NCBI RefSeq assembly: GCF_000008385.1
Contig: NC_006833.1
Coordinates: 60,001-92,000 of the forward strand
Origin: Wolbachia endosymbiont strain TRS of Brugia malayi
Lineage (GTDB): Bacteria > Pseudomonadota > Alphaproteobacteria > Rickettsiales > Anaplasmataceae
Direction: 5' to 3'
DNA length: 32,000 nt
The first letter of the stretch is position 1, and each line of letters starts with the position of its first letter. This document shows positions 17,897 through 26,862 of the stretch, in pieces. A program made the translations under genes and the position numbers. The notes under the pieces are model-generated. The model was given only the letters and a program-made list of their open reading frames with translations. It searched no databases and was not told the origin of the DNA.

Positions 17897-18175
17897 TTAT
17901 TCGTTTATTAAATCGGATAATTTTTTACTGCTACGAAAATATGTTTTAAAGTATTGATTTTTTGCAAACTTCTGTAACATCAAATGACTCGTTTCTTTTA
18001 GGTTATAACTCCTAATTGAAAAGGAACCAAACCCCCTAATTTCAACTCTGTTATGATGCTCCAATGTACTTGAAAGTATCTCAAAAAATCTGTTAACTAT
18101 GGCTGCTATAACTATCCTATCCAAAAGAGGATGCCTTTTTGCCACTTTCATTATTATATTAGATTTCGTTGCCAT
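17897..18175 (-). CDS. ihfB: HU/IHF-fold DNA-binding protein, IHF beta-like, with an atypical beta-arm
   Basis: 92 aa with ..RVEIRGFGSFSIRS.., the core of the HU/IHF fold, in the conserved position downstream of rpsA. The arm lacks the usual R-N-P-x-T-G motif (see findings). Confidence 0.8.
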   Translation of the reverse strand: MATKSNIIMKVAKRHPLLDRIVIAAIVNRFFEILSSTLEHHNRVEIRGFGSFSIRSYNLKETSHLMLQKFAKNQYFKTYFRSSKKLSDLINE

Positions 18176-18198
18176 TTATACAAAGCTAAAATTATACA

Positions 18199-19851
18199 TT
18201 ATTTAGCGGATAGTATCACATTATATTCTTCAACACCTAATACTTCAACTTCTATTTTGTCTGATATAGAAAACTTTTTACTTTCCGGTAGATGTTCTTG
18301 ATCTATTAAGAGAGCTACATCATTTTCAACTTCAACAACTAGCCCGCTATCTTCTCTTTTACCTACAGTAACCTGCATTTTATCGCCTACCTTAACTTTC
18401 TTTATTAGCTCTATAAGTGGGTCATACTCTATTTGTTTTATGCCAAGATAAATTCTTGTTCGATTCACGTTAGCCCTTATTACTTTTGCTTCTATTGTAT
18501 CACCCACATTGTACTTTTTTATCTCATCTGAACCATTTTTAGACCAGCTTAGATCTTGTGCATAAATTGTCCCTTCTACGTTTTCATCTATTTCATCATC
18601 GTTAAAAGTAATAGACATGTATGAGATGGTATTATTTTTAACTTTACCAGAAACAATAGAACCAGGAGGATATTTATTGACAAATACTTGCCAAGGATTA
18701 TCTACACATCTTTTCATGCTCAAGCTCATCCTGTTCTTAGTGATGTCAACATTGAGAATTTTGACAGATACCTCTTGTCCCCTAGTTACAAGACTGTTAA
18801 CTGGCAGATTACTTTTAACCCAAGTTATTTCCGATGAGTGCACTAAACCTTCAATTCCAGGTTTAAGTTCAACAAACAATCCATAATCTTCTATACTTGT
18901 TATATGACCTTTATGTATGCTATCAACCTGGTATTTTGACTCTACGTCTTGCCAAGGATTATCCTCTAGCTGCTTTATACCCAGAGAAACTTTTGCGTTT
19001 TCCTTATCTATTTTTATAATTTTAACTTTTATGATCTGACCACAAGCAAAGGCTGCGGATGGATGACTTACTCTGCTCCAAGAGATGTCTGTGATATGTA
19101 GCAGTCCATCTATCACTCCTACTGCATCTGATTCATGAATACCGACAAATACACCGTAGTGAGTAATACTCTTTATTTTCCCTTCTATTATATCACCCTC
19201 ATTTAAAAATTCTAAGAACTTAGTTTTTTCACCAGCATGCAATTTCTCTAATACTAGCTTTCTCGATACTACAATGTTACCCTGTTTCTTATCCATTTTA
19301 AGCACAATAAACTTTTGTTCAGTTTCAATAAGGTGCCTAGCATCTTTTACTTGCTTCAAATCTACATGGCTTAGCGGTAAAAAGGCACTTATTCCGTCAC
19401 CAAGATCAACAATAAAGCCACATTTAATTGAACGTTTAATCACTCCACTTACTTCAGCTTTTGTAACTGCATCTTCTTCTAGCTTATTCCATTTTTCATC
19501 CCTAATTGCTTTTTCACGGCTAAGAACTACATTACCATGATAATCTTCAATTCTTTCTACATAAACTCTGATTTTAGAACCAACAACAATTTTATCATTA
19601 CAACCAAGTTCCTTGATTGGAATCCTTCCATCAGACTTTAGCCCAATGTGAACTACGATATCGTTAGGATTCACTCTCGTAATTATACCTTCTACTACAT
19701 CTCCTTCCTTGATTTTATTAATGAAAGAATCTTCAAATAAAGCATTATCTTGATCTTCAAATTGGTCTTGACATATCTCCTCTATAAACTTGTTTGATGA
19801 TAGTTTCCTGATACTGATAGGTAGATTTACAGTTGGATCATTATTATTCAT
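18199..19851 (-). CDS. rpsA: 30S ribosomal protein S1
   Basis: 550 aa with six recognisable S1/OB repeats (..GDVVEGIITRV.., ..GVIKRSIKCGFIVDLG.., ..GDIIEGKIKSITHYGVFVG.., ..HKGHITSIEDYGLFVEL.., etc.). Confidence 0.96.
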   Translation of the reverse strand: MNNNDPTVNLPISIRKLSSNKFIEEICQDQFEDQDNALFEDSFINKIKEGDVVEGIITRVNPNDIVVHIGLKSDGRIPIKELGCNDKIVVGSKIRVYVERIEDYHGNVVLSREKAIRDEKWNKLEEDAVTKAEVSGVIKRSIKCGFIVDLGDGISAFLPLSHVDLKQVKDARHLIETEQKFIVLKMDKKQGNIVVSRKLVLEKLHAGEKTKFLEFLNEGDIIEGKIKSITHYGVFVGIHESDAVGVIDGLLHITDISWSRVSHPSAAFACGQIIKVKIIKIDKENAKVSLGIKQLEDNPWQDVESKYQVDSIHKGHITSIEDYGLFVELKPGIEGLVHSSEITWVKSNLPVNSLVTRGQEVSVKILNVDITKNRMSLSMKRCVDNPWQVFVNKYPPGSIVSGKVKNNTISYMSITFNDDEIDENVEGTIYAQDLSWSKNGSDEIKKYNVGDTIEAKVIRANVNRTRIYLGIKQIEYDPLIELIKKVKVGDKMQVTVGKREDSGLVVEVENDVALLIDQEHLPESKKFSISDKIEVEVLGVEEYNVILSAK

Positions 19852-20166
19852 GCAATGTGACCTTTAATTTAAGCTTTATTAGAAATCATATATTATATAA
19901 TATTAACAACTATTTACAAGCAGTTTTTTTATTAAGGCCTTCTCAAGGCTTGTTTAAACTATATAGAGTATGGCTGATTAAAATAGGTTGCTACAGTAGG
20001 TTTTGTGGCATGTCAAAACCAATATCTGTAGAGGCAGGGAAGTACATAATTCATAGAGGTTTGCTTGTAAATTCTTGTGCAGCTTGTTAATATCATATTA
20101 AGCAGTTGACAGTTACTAAAATGCCTAGCTATGGTGTTCCTATAATATATTAATTGGTGGAGTAAA

Positions 20167-20397
20167 GTGGACTTTAGAAAAGCTACTATGGAAAGCAGAA
20201 GAGGTAGAATAAGACCTGAAAATAGTGCAAGGGAATTAAGGCTAAGACAAAATAGAAGAAATACAGGTAGAATGATGATGAAAGAAGTAACGGAAGGTCT
20301 TAGACAATTTGAACTTAAGAGTGAAATTGAAAGAAGAGAACGTGAGCCAGAAACATTCGAAGATGGTACAAGGAAGTTATTAATGGGATTAACGTAG
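20167..20397 (+). other. Arg/Glu-rich 76-codon ORF at the head of a strongly purine-skewed tract; coding status unresolved
   Basis: GTG start preceded by GGTGGAG with a 4-nt spacer. The product reads MDFRKATMESRRGRIRPENSARELRLRQNRRNTGR... A +1-shifted continuation (..GINVGLEVSLGQSRKEERQSRENIERELEKMYLGRKL*) suggests a broken longer ORF. No family recognised. Confidence 0.25.
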
Positions 20398-21070
20398 GAT
20401 TAGAAGTAAGTCTAGGACAAAGTAGAAAAGAAGAAAGACAAAGTAGAGAAAATATAGAAAGAGAGTTGGAAAAAATGTACCTAGGTAGAAAGTTGTAAAG
20501 TACAGCCAATATCACGTTACTGGTCACTGGGCTCTTCACGTTTTGACGATAGTAGCAGTTCATAAATTAGTTTCTGGCAGGCTTTGTTGAACAGCCAATT
20601 GTTATGCAGACTGGATATGAAAAAGTAAAAACGTAAGGTAGTGCGCTGCAGGTATGCTACTCTGCGCTCTTGGATAACTCAAGCGTTCTATGAAGACAGG
20701 CTCTTTCTTGGTCAGCTGTAAATTACATAATTTTCTGCAATTAAACAAGTAAAAGTCACTAGAATTCATTTTTTCTTGCATTAAATATTGAATGAAAATC
20801 TTAGTTAGATCAACTATGTTCATGTAGAAAACAAGTCCTCTTTAGCGTCACAACAAATTCGTTTATTTACTTTTCTCAAAATTGCAAAAAAGTACCTACC
20901 TTTTTAAGAAGAATATTAAAAATTAACAAATTATGAAAAGAAAATAGGAAATTTGAACAAATCATTAGAGGCAAAGGGCTATATTATAGTAAGTGGTTAA
21001 AGTAGGTTATTGCATCAGGTTTTGCGTTATGCTGAATTATTATAGAGAAAGATTTGAACAAGCAAGGGAA

Positions 21071-21143
21071 TGGAGGCAAGCGGGATCGAACCGCTGACCT
21101 TCTGCGTGCAAAACAGATGCTCTACCAGCTGAGCTATACCCCC
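21071..21143 (-). tRNA. tRNA-Ala (anticodon UGC)
   Basis: The reverse complement GGGGGTA-TA-GCTC-AGCTGGTA-GAGC-A-TCTGT-TTTGCAC-GCAGA-AGGTC-AGCGG-TTCGATC-CCGCT-TGCCTCC-A folds by hand into a 73-nt cloverleaf. It has the G3:U70 Ala identity pair and a TGC anticodon. CCA is not encoded. Confidence 0.97.
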
Positions 21144-21282
21144 CACTTAAAGAATAAACTAACCAGAGCTAAAGCACAAGAAGTATTTATCTATAGGCTC
21201 CTTACGAAACGCAGTATATTAAATTTTTTATACAACCTAAACCAAATGAAAACAGGGCAAATTAGTATTTTAAAAGTTTTAA

Positions 21283-21330
21283 ACGCTGGATACTTTTAAA
21301 TTGCTTTAGCTGTAAATGTTTAAGGAACTC
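21283..21330. repeat. Possible solo IS66-end relic followed by an inverted copy of the 36-bp motif
   Basis: cgctggatacttttaa resembles the copy-2 IS end ccgctgaatggatacttttaac with a 3-nt gap. The reverse complement of 21301-21330 is gagttccttaaacatttacagctaaagcaa, which matches ttcttaaacatttttagctaaag at 8547-8570. Confidence 0.35.
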
Positions 21331-21875
21331 ACCAAGCAGGAAAAAAAGCAAAAGAAACCCTAGTGATATCTCTTGTAGGAACTTGACATTAATGTCTTAT
21401 ATGCTTGGTAAGTAGTCAACCTTGGAATTATAAATATCCATAACGTCACGATAAGGGTAATGCAGAAGTTTTTCAAATAATTTCTTTATAAAAAAAGAAG
21501 ATTAGTTGATTTTTGAACTAATTCTTAAATAAAGACAAAAAGAACAATGCAATGTGAGTTGTTTACTGTTCTCTCAAAAACTTGGCGCTTATTACATTAC
21601 TTAATAAGCGAGATTCAGCTAACGTAGATAAAAATTTATAAAGACATGGAGTGTCTATATAAGAAAAATTAAACATAACACACCTAGTTTAATAATGTGC
21701 TTTTGTCACTTAAATAAAGATTAAGGATAAATTTTAGGTCTAAAACATCCCCATATAAGGGTTCTTAAGGCCTGTAAAATGGGTTTTTCAACGTGCTGCC
21801 AAATGCAAGAGTTCTATTTACTCCAAGTATATTACATGTATACTTATTACTAAATTAATTTTGGAATGATAGAAA

Positions 21876-23705
21876 ATGAATGAATTTAAATCAATCCGTA
21901 ATATTGCAATAATTGCACACGTTGACCACGGGAAAACTACTTTACTTGATAACATGTTAAAACAAAGTGGCACGTTTCGTGAGAATCAAGAAGTTCAAGA
22001 GCGGGTAATGGATAGTGGTAATCAAGAGCGCGAACGTGGAATTACGATACTTGCAAAATGCACATCGATAATGTGGGGTGACGAAAAGATCAACATTATT
22101 GATACACCAGGACATGCAGATTTTGGTGGAGAAGTAGAAAGGGTATTATGCATGGTAGATGGCGTGCTGCTGCTGGTTGACGCTGCAGAAGGTCCCATGC
22201 CACAAACTAAGTTTGTATTGTCAAAAGCACTAAAAGCAGATTTGAAGTCAATTGTGATAATCAATAAGGTTGATCGGCCAGATAGCAGGATTGATGAAGT
22301 GCTGAACGAGATATATGAGCTATTTTTTAATCTTGATGCAACTAACGAGCAGCTAGATTTTCCAGTATTGTATGCCTCTGGTAGAAACGGCTGGTGTATT
22401 AAAGAGCTTTCTGATAAAAGAAAAGATTTAAGTCCGTTATTTTCAACAGTTATAGATTACATAAAACCTGCCAATTATGATCGAAATGCACCTTTTGCTA
22501 TGCTAGTTACTCTGCTTGAATCTGATAAATTTCTTGGCAGAATATTGACAGGAAAAATTTATCAAGGAATTGCAAAAGTTAATTCAGATCTTAAGGTACT
22601 TGATCTTGATGGTAAAGTAATCAAACGAGGAAGATTAACTAAGTTGCTTTCATTTTCTGGCTTGAAACGCATTCCAGTAGAGCAAGCTGTAGCGGGTGAT
22701 ATAATTGCGATTGCAGGACTTGAAAAAGCTTCAGTTTCAGCCACTATAGTGGCGCCAGAAGTTACAACTGCAATAAGCTCAACTCCGGTTGATCCACCGA
22801 CGATGGCAATTACTCTCAGCGTCAATGATTCACCTTTTGCTGGACAAGAAGGAACAAAACTTACTTCTGCTATTATAAAGGATCGTTTATATGCGGAAGC
22901 GGAAATAAACGTTGCAATTACCGTGACTCCAACACCGAATGATGAAGCATTTGAAGTAGGTGGACGTGGTGAGCTGCAGCTTGGAGTGTTGATCGAAAAT
23001 ATGAGAAGAGAAGGTTTTGAACTCTCAGTTTCGCGTCCTCGAGTATTATTTAAAGAAGAAGGCGGTAAAAAGCTTGAACCTATAGAGGAAGTAGTAATTG
23101 ATGTAGATGATGAATATAGTGGAATCATCATGAAAAAACTCAGCTTCCGAAAAGGTGAAGTAACTGACATGAGGCCTTCTGGTAGTGGCAGAACAAGGTT
23201 GATATTTTTAGTACCATCAAGGGGGTTGATTGGTTATCAAGGAGAGTTTTTAACTGATTCTCGCGGTACTGGTATAATCAACCGTCTATTTCACAGTTAT
23301 GCTCCATATAAGGGTCCAATTTCTAGAAGGCGTAATGGGGTTTTAATTTCTACGGATAAAGGTGAAGCCGTGGCGTATGCAATTTTCAACTTGCAAGACA
23401 GAGGAATCATGTTTATTAAACCACAAGACAGGGTATATTGTGGCATGGTTGTTGGTCAGCATAGTCGTGACAATGATTTGGAGATAAATGTACTAAAAGG
23501 TAAGCAATTAACAAATGTGAGAGCTGCAGGTAGTGATGAAGCTATAAAACTTACCCCACCAAAAACAATGACTCTAGAAGATATGATAGCGTATATAGAT
23601 GATGATGAATTAGTGGAAGTCACTCCAAAATCTATACGCCTACGCAAGAAGTTTCTTGATCCAAATGAACGTAGACGTGCAGAAAAGGCAAAGAATAAAG
23701 AGTAG
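21876..23705 (+). CDS. typA: Translational GTPase TypA/BipA
   Basis: 609 aa. IRNIAIIAHVDHGKTTL, DTPGHADFGGEV and NKVDR G-motifs, followed by EF-G-like domains and the BipA-specific C-terminal domain. Confidence 0.96.
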   Translation: MNEFKSIRNIAIIAHVDHGKTTLLDNMLKQSGTFRENQEVQERVMDSGNQERERGITILAKCTSIMWGDEKINIIDTPGHADFGGEVERVLCMVDGVLLLVDAAEGPMPQTKFVLSKALKADLKSIVIINKVDRPDSRIDEVLNEIYELFFNLDATNEQLDFPVLYASGRNGWCIKELSDKRKDLSPLFSTVIDYIKPANYDRNAPFAMLVTLLESDKFLGRILTGKIYQGIAKVNSDLKVLDLDGKVIKRGRLTKLLSFSGLKRIPVEQAVAGDIIAIAGLEKASVSATIVAPEVTTAISSTPVDPPTMAITLSVNDSPFAGQEGTKLTSAIIKDRLYAEAEINVAITVTPTPNDEAFEVGGRGELQLGVLIENMRREGFELSVSRPRVLFKEEGGKKLEPIEEVVIDVDDEYSGIIMKKLSFRKGEVTDMRPSGSGRTRLIFLVPSRGLIGYQGEFLTDSRGTGIINRLFHSYAPYKGPISRRRNGVLISTDKGEAVAYAIFNLQDRGIMFIKPQDRVYCGMVVGQHSRDNDLEINVLKGKQLTNVRAAGSDEAIKLTPPKTMTLEDMIAYIDDDELVEVTPKSIRLRKKFLDPNERRRAEKAKNKE

Positions 23706-23769
23706 ATAGAGGTTGAAAAATTGCTAATAGTAGTGTATAATTATTAACATTTCTTAATTGTATTTAATT

Positions 23770-24571
23770 ATGGCTTTTTCTAAATTTCTAGATCCAAAAA
23801 ATGATGTAGCCTTTTGGTGTATCTTTGGTACTGAAAAAAATAAGGACATAGAGTTTTTAATCACCATAATGGACGTTGAGATTGCCTCTAAAAAGCAAAA
23901 TATTGTCGATGTACTCTATAAAGATGAAAATGAGGTGCAAGTAATTGTCAAAATACAAGCTGCTAAAACTAAAGGCTTCAAGAAACGTGCACAACTACAT
24001 GCTGCTAAAGCTTACTCAAGACAATCAAACAATTACATAAATTTAAAGAAAGTCTTCTTTATTGCTATTTCCAATAGTGCGCTATTTCCTGAGGAGGTTG
24101 AGTATATTTCTGCCCATAGTATACGAGATATAAAAACCAATGGATATCACTTAAAAGACTTTCAATTTGTCTTTATTGAGTTGCCAAAGTTTACAAAAAG
24201 CAAGGTAGAACAGCTAGAGAGTACAATAGAGAGATGGTACTTCTTTTTTAAGTATGCAGAGAACACTACTGATAAAGACCTAAGAGATATAGTAGAAAAA
24301 TTCCTAATGCTAAAGCTAACATATGATGAATTGGACAAATTTAGCTGGAATGAAAAAGATCTAGTAGTCTATGAAGAAAGAGTAATGGATTTGCAAAAAG
24401 AGGCAGCCATCCTTGAATACAAACTTGATCTTGCTAAAGGGGAAGGTATCAAAATTGGGCAATGAAGATAGCAAAAAACCTACTTAAAACTGGCGTTTCT
24501 ATTAATATTATCTCTCAAATAACTGGCCTTTCTCAGGCTCAGATTAAACAACTTCAGGAAGGAATCGTCTA
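23770..24571 (+). pseudogene. Rpn-family recombination-promoting nuclease / PD-(D/E)XK putative transposase (YhgA-like), internally shortened and frameshifted
   Basis: It has the N-terminal hallmark FLDPKNDVAF..IFG..KNKDI and the core ..VFIELPKF.K....LE..IERW.FFFKY... The ORF stops at 24465. The family's usual C-terminal tail (MKIAKNLLKTGVSINIISQITGLSQAQIKQLQEG) continues in another frame at 24464-24571. Confidence 0.75.
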
Positions 24572-24581
24572 AAAGACTTAT

Positions 24582-25589
24582 ATGATCAATGAAGAAGTTG
24601 TAAAAGAGAACTTGAAAGAAGTCATAGAGCGAAAAAGTGGTAAAGATGTGATCGCTCTTGGCATAATATCCTCAATCGTTATTAAAGGTAAAGATATTGG
24701 CTTTGTGCTTGAGATTTCTGGTGACACACAAGCAAATGAGGAATTAAGAAAAAATTGTGAAAAAGCTGTTAAAGCTATACCAGGAGTGGGAAAAGTGACC
24801 GTGGTTGCTGCTGGACGAAAACAAGCTGGACAACAAAGAGCTAAGCTGCATATCGAAGGAGTGAAAAATATAATTGTCGTTGCTTCCGGTAAAGGAGGTG
24901 TTGGCAAGTCCACGGTTGCACTAAACCTTGCTTTCTCGTTGGCAAAATTAAAACATAAGGTTGCACTGGTTGATGCAGATATATATGGTCCTTCAATTCC
25001 CAAAATGCTTGGCGCTGAAAAATTAAAGCCAAAGATACAGGGTAGTAGGATAATACCTATAGAGAAGTATGGACTGCATACTATTTCAATTGGCTATTTT
25101 ATCGATAAGGACTGTGCAGCAATGTGGCGTGGGCCTATGATCACGAAGGCGCTTTACAATTTGCTAATGGGAACGAAATGGTCAGATATAGAGTATTTAG
25201 TAGTTGATACACCACCTGGAACTGGTGATGTGCACCTAAGTTTGATGGAAAATTTTAACTTAACTGGAGGAATAATAGTTTCAACTCCACAGGAGCTTGC
25301 CTTGGTTGATGCACGCAAAATTTATAATATGTTTACAAAGCTCAGCGTACCGATCTTTGGCATTGTAGAAAATATGAGCTATTTTATTCAAGACAACTCA
25401 AAGATATATATATTTGGGAAAGATGGTACAAAAGTAATGTCCGAGGAACTGGGAATCAAACTCTTAGGCAGAATTCCTCTAGATCCAAAGATATGTTACG
25501 CTTCAGATTGTGGAAACCCTTTAATGCTAAGTGAAGATTTAGCAGGAATTTACGAAGACTTTGCTAAAGATATTAGGTCTTTCATATAG
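24582..25589 (+). CDS. apbC: Fe-S cluster carrier ATPase Mrp/ApbC (NBP35 family)
   Basis: 335 aa with an N-terminal DUF59-like domain, the deviant Walker A VASGKGGVGKST, DTPPGTGD, and ..VENMSYF... Confidence 0.93.
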   Translation: MINEEVVKENLKEVIERKSGKDVIALGIISSIVIKGKDIGFVLEISGDTQANEELRKNCEKAVKAIPGVGKVTVVAAGRKQAGQQRAKLHIEGVKNIIVVASGKGGVGKSTVALNLAFSLAKLKHKVALVDADIYGPSIPKMLGAEKLKPKIQGSRIIPIEKYGLHTISIGYFIDKDCAAMWRGPMITKALYNLLMGTKWSDIEYLVVDTPPGTGDVHLSLMENFNLTGGIIVSTPQELALVDARKIYNMFTKLSVPIFGIVENMSYFIQDNSKIYIFGKDGTKVMSEELGIKLLGRIPLDPKICYASDCGNPLMLSEDLAGIYEDFAKDIRSFI

Positions 25590-25659
25590 AGTTCTATAAG
25601 GTTTGTTTAAACTATTTTCAAAATAGATAAAATATAATTTTAGGATTGGTATAAATAAA

Positions 25660-26817
25660 ATGAGTTACGACGTAATCATTTCAGGTGGTGGGTTACTTGG
25701 CCTTATTACTGCTGTTGGCCTGAGTAATAACTCTGTATCCGTAGCCGTGATTGAAAAAAACAATTTGCCGCGTATAATTGACGATAATCGAGCATTTGCT
25801 ATTTCCCAAGGCTCAAGAAAAATACTGGAAAAGTTAGGGATTTGGCAATTTATAGAAAGCGAGGCTGAGCCAATACTTGATATATGTATATTAGATGAAA
25901 ATAGCCCAATCACTGTGCATTATAACCATAAGATGGTTAGTGAAGAACCGATGGGTTATGTTATCAACAGCACTGTTATATGGAACGCGATCAATAACAA
26001 TTTTTTAAATAAACTAAATATATATTCTCTGCACTCTTATAGAACAATTACTTGTGATGCAGGATACGTGGAAGTTACCCTTGGCAATAACCAGAAATTA
26101 ATATCATCGCTACTTATCTGTGCTGAAGGCAAAAACTCCAAACTACCAGGGTTATTTTCTATGTCAATAATAAAATTTGATTATAAACAAAGTAGTATAG
26201 TATTTAATGTAAAGCACGAGCTGCACCACCAAAACTTAGCTGTGGAGCAGTTTTTTCCTGGCGGTCCGTTTGCAATTCTGCCGATGAAAAGTGGCTATAC
26301 TTCTTCAATAGTTTGGACAGAAAAATCTGAAATTTCAAAAATGCTAATGAATCTATCTGAGGAAGAATTCATCATAGAACTTAAGAAAAGGTTTGGCTCT
26401 TATTTAGGAGAGGTTAAACTAGATGGTGAAAGAAAATCTTATCCTCTGAGTTTTGCTTCTGCAAAAAAGCTGTATAAAAGCAGAGTTTTGCTTATTGGTG
26501 ATGCAGCACATTCAATCCATCCAGTTGCAGGTCAAGGGCTTAATCTTGGCATTAGAGATGCAGAGAGCGTTGTAAGGCAAATAACTGCTGCAAAAGCATT
26601 TGGTATTGATGTTGGTAGTAGTTACTTACTAAAGAAAATTTCACGTGATAGATGTCTTGATAATTTTACGATGGCGCTTGCAACTGATGGATTAAATAGG
26701 ATATTTTCCAACAGAATATTCTGCGCTAAAACACTAAGAAATTTTGGCTTAATGGCAGTTGAAAATTCAAAATTCCTTAAAAAACGCTTCATCCGGCACG
26801 CTATGGGATTTGTGTAA
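25660..26817 (+). CDS. FAD-dependent ubiquinone biosynthesis hydroxylase, UbiH/UbiF/VisC/COQ6 family
   Basis: 385 aa with YDVIISGGGLLGLITAVGL (the GxGxxG dinucleotide fold) and GDAAHSIHPVAGQGLNLGIRD (the flavoprotein monooxygenase fingerprint). Confidence 0.9.
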   Translation: MSYDVIISGGGLLGLITAVGLSNNSVSVAVIEKNNLPRIIDDNRAFAISQGSRKILEKLGIWQFIESEAEPILDICILDENSPITVHYNHKMVSEEPMGYVINSTVIWNAINNNFLNKLNIYSLHSYRTITCDAGYVEVTLGNNQKLISSLLICAEGKNSKLPGLFSMSIIKFDYKQSSIVFNVKHELHHQNLAVEQFFPGGPFAILPMKSGYTSSIVWTEKSEISKMLMNLSEEEFIIELKKRFGSYLGEVKLDGERKSYPLSFASAKKLYKSRVLLIGDAAHSIHPVAGQGLNLGIRDAESVVRQITAAKAFGIDVGSSYLLKKISRDRCLDNFTMALATDGLNRIFSNRIFCAKTLRNFGLMAVENSKFLKKRFIRHAMGFV

Positions 26818-26862
26818 ACTAGTTTTGGACGTCAAATTAACCCTGGGGTGTAATTCGTATCC

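Noticed and set aside
20315-20823. Minus-strand ORFs 20315..20563 and 20602..20823
   Set aside because: The first is the pyrimidine-strand shadow of the purine-rich tract. The second has no motif, no ribosome-binding site that I could see and no family resemblance.
21054-21299. 81-aa plus-strand ORF
   Set aside because: It runs straight through the tRNA-Ala gene on the opposite strand and has an implausible product.
22022-23647. Minus-strand ORFs inside typA (22022..22264, 22562..23170, 23456..23647), including one of 202 aa
   Set aside because: They are antisense to an unambiguous typA/bipA. Their Ser/Thr/Pro-rich low-complexity products show the classic antisense-frame artefact.
24578-25032. 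Minus-strand ORFs 24578..25003 and 24841..25032
   Set aside because: They are antisense to the mrp/apbC gene and have no independent support.
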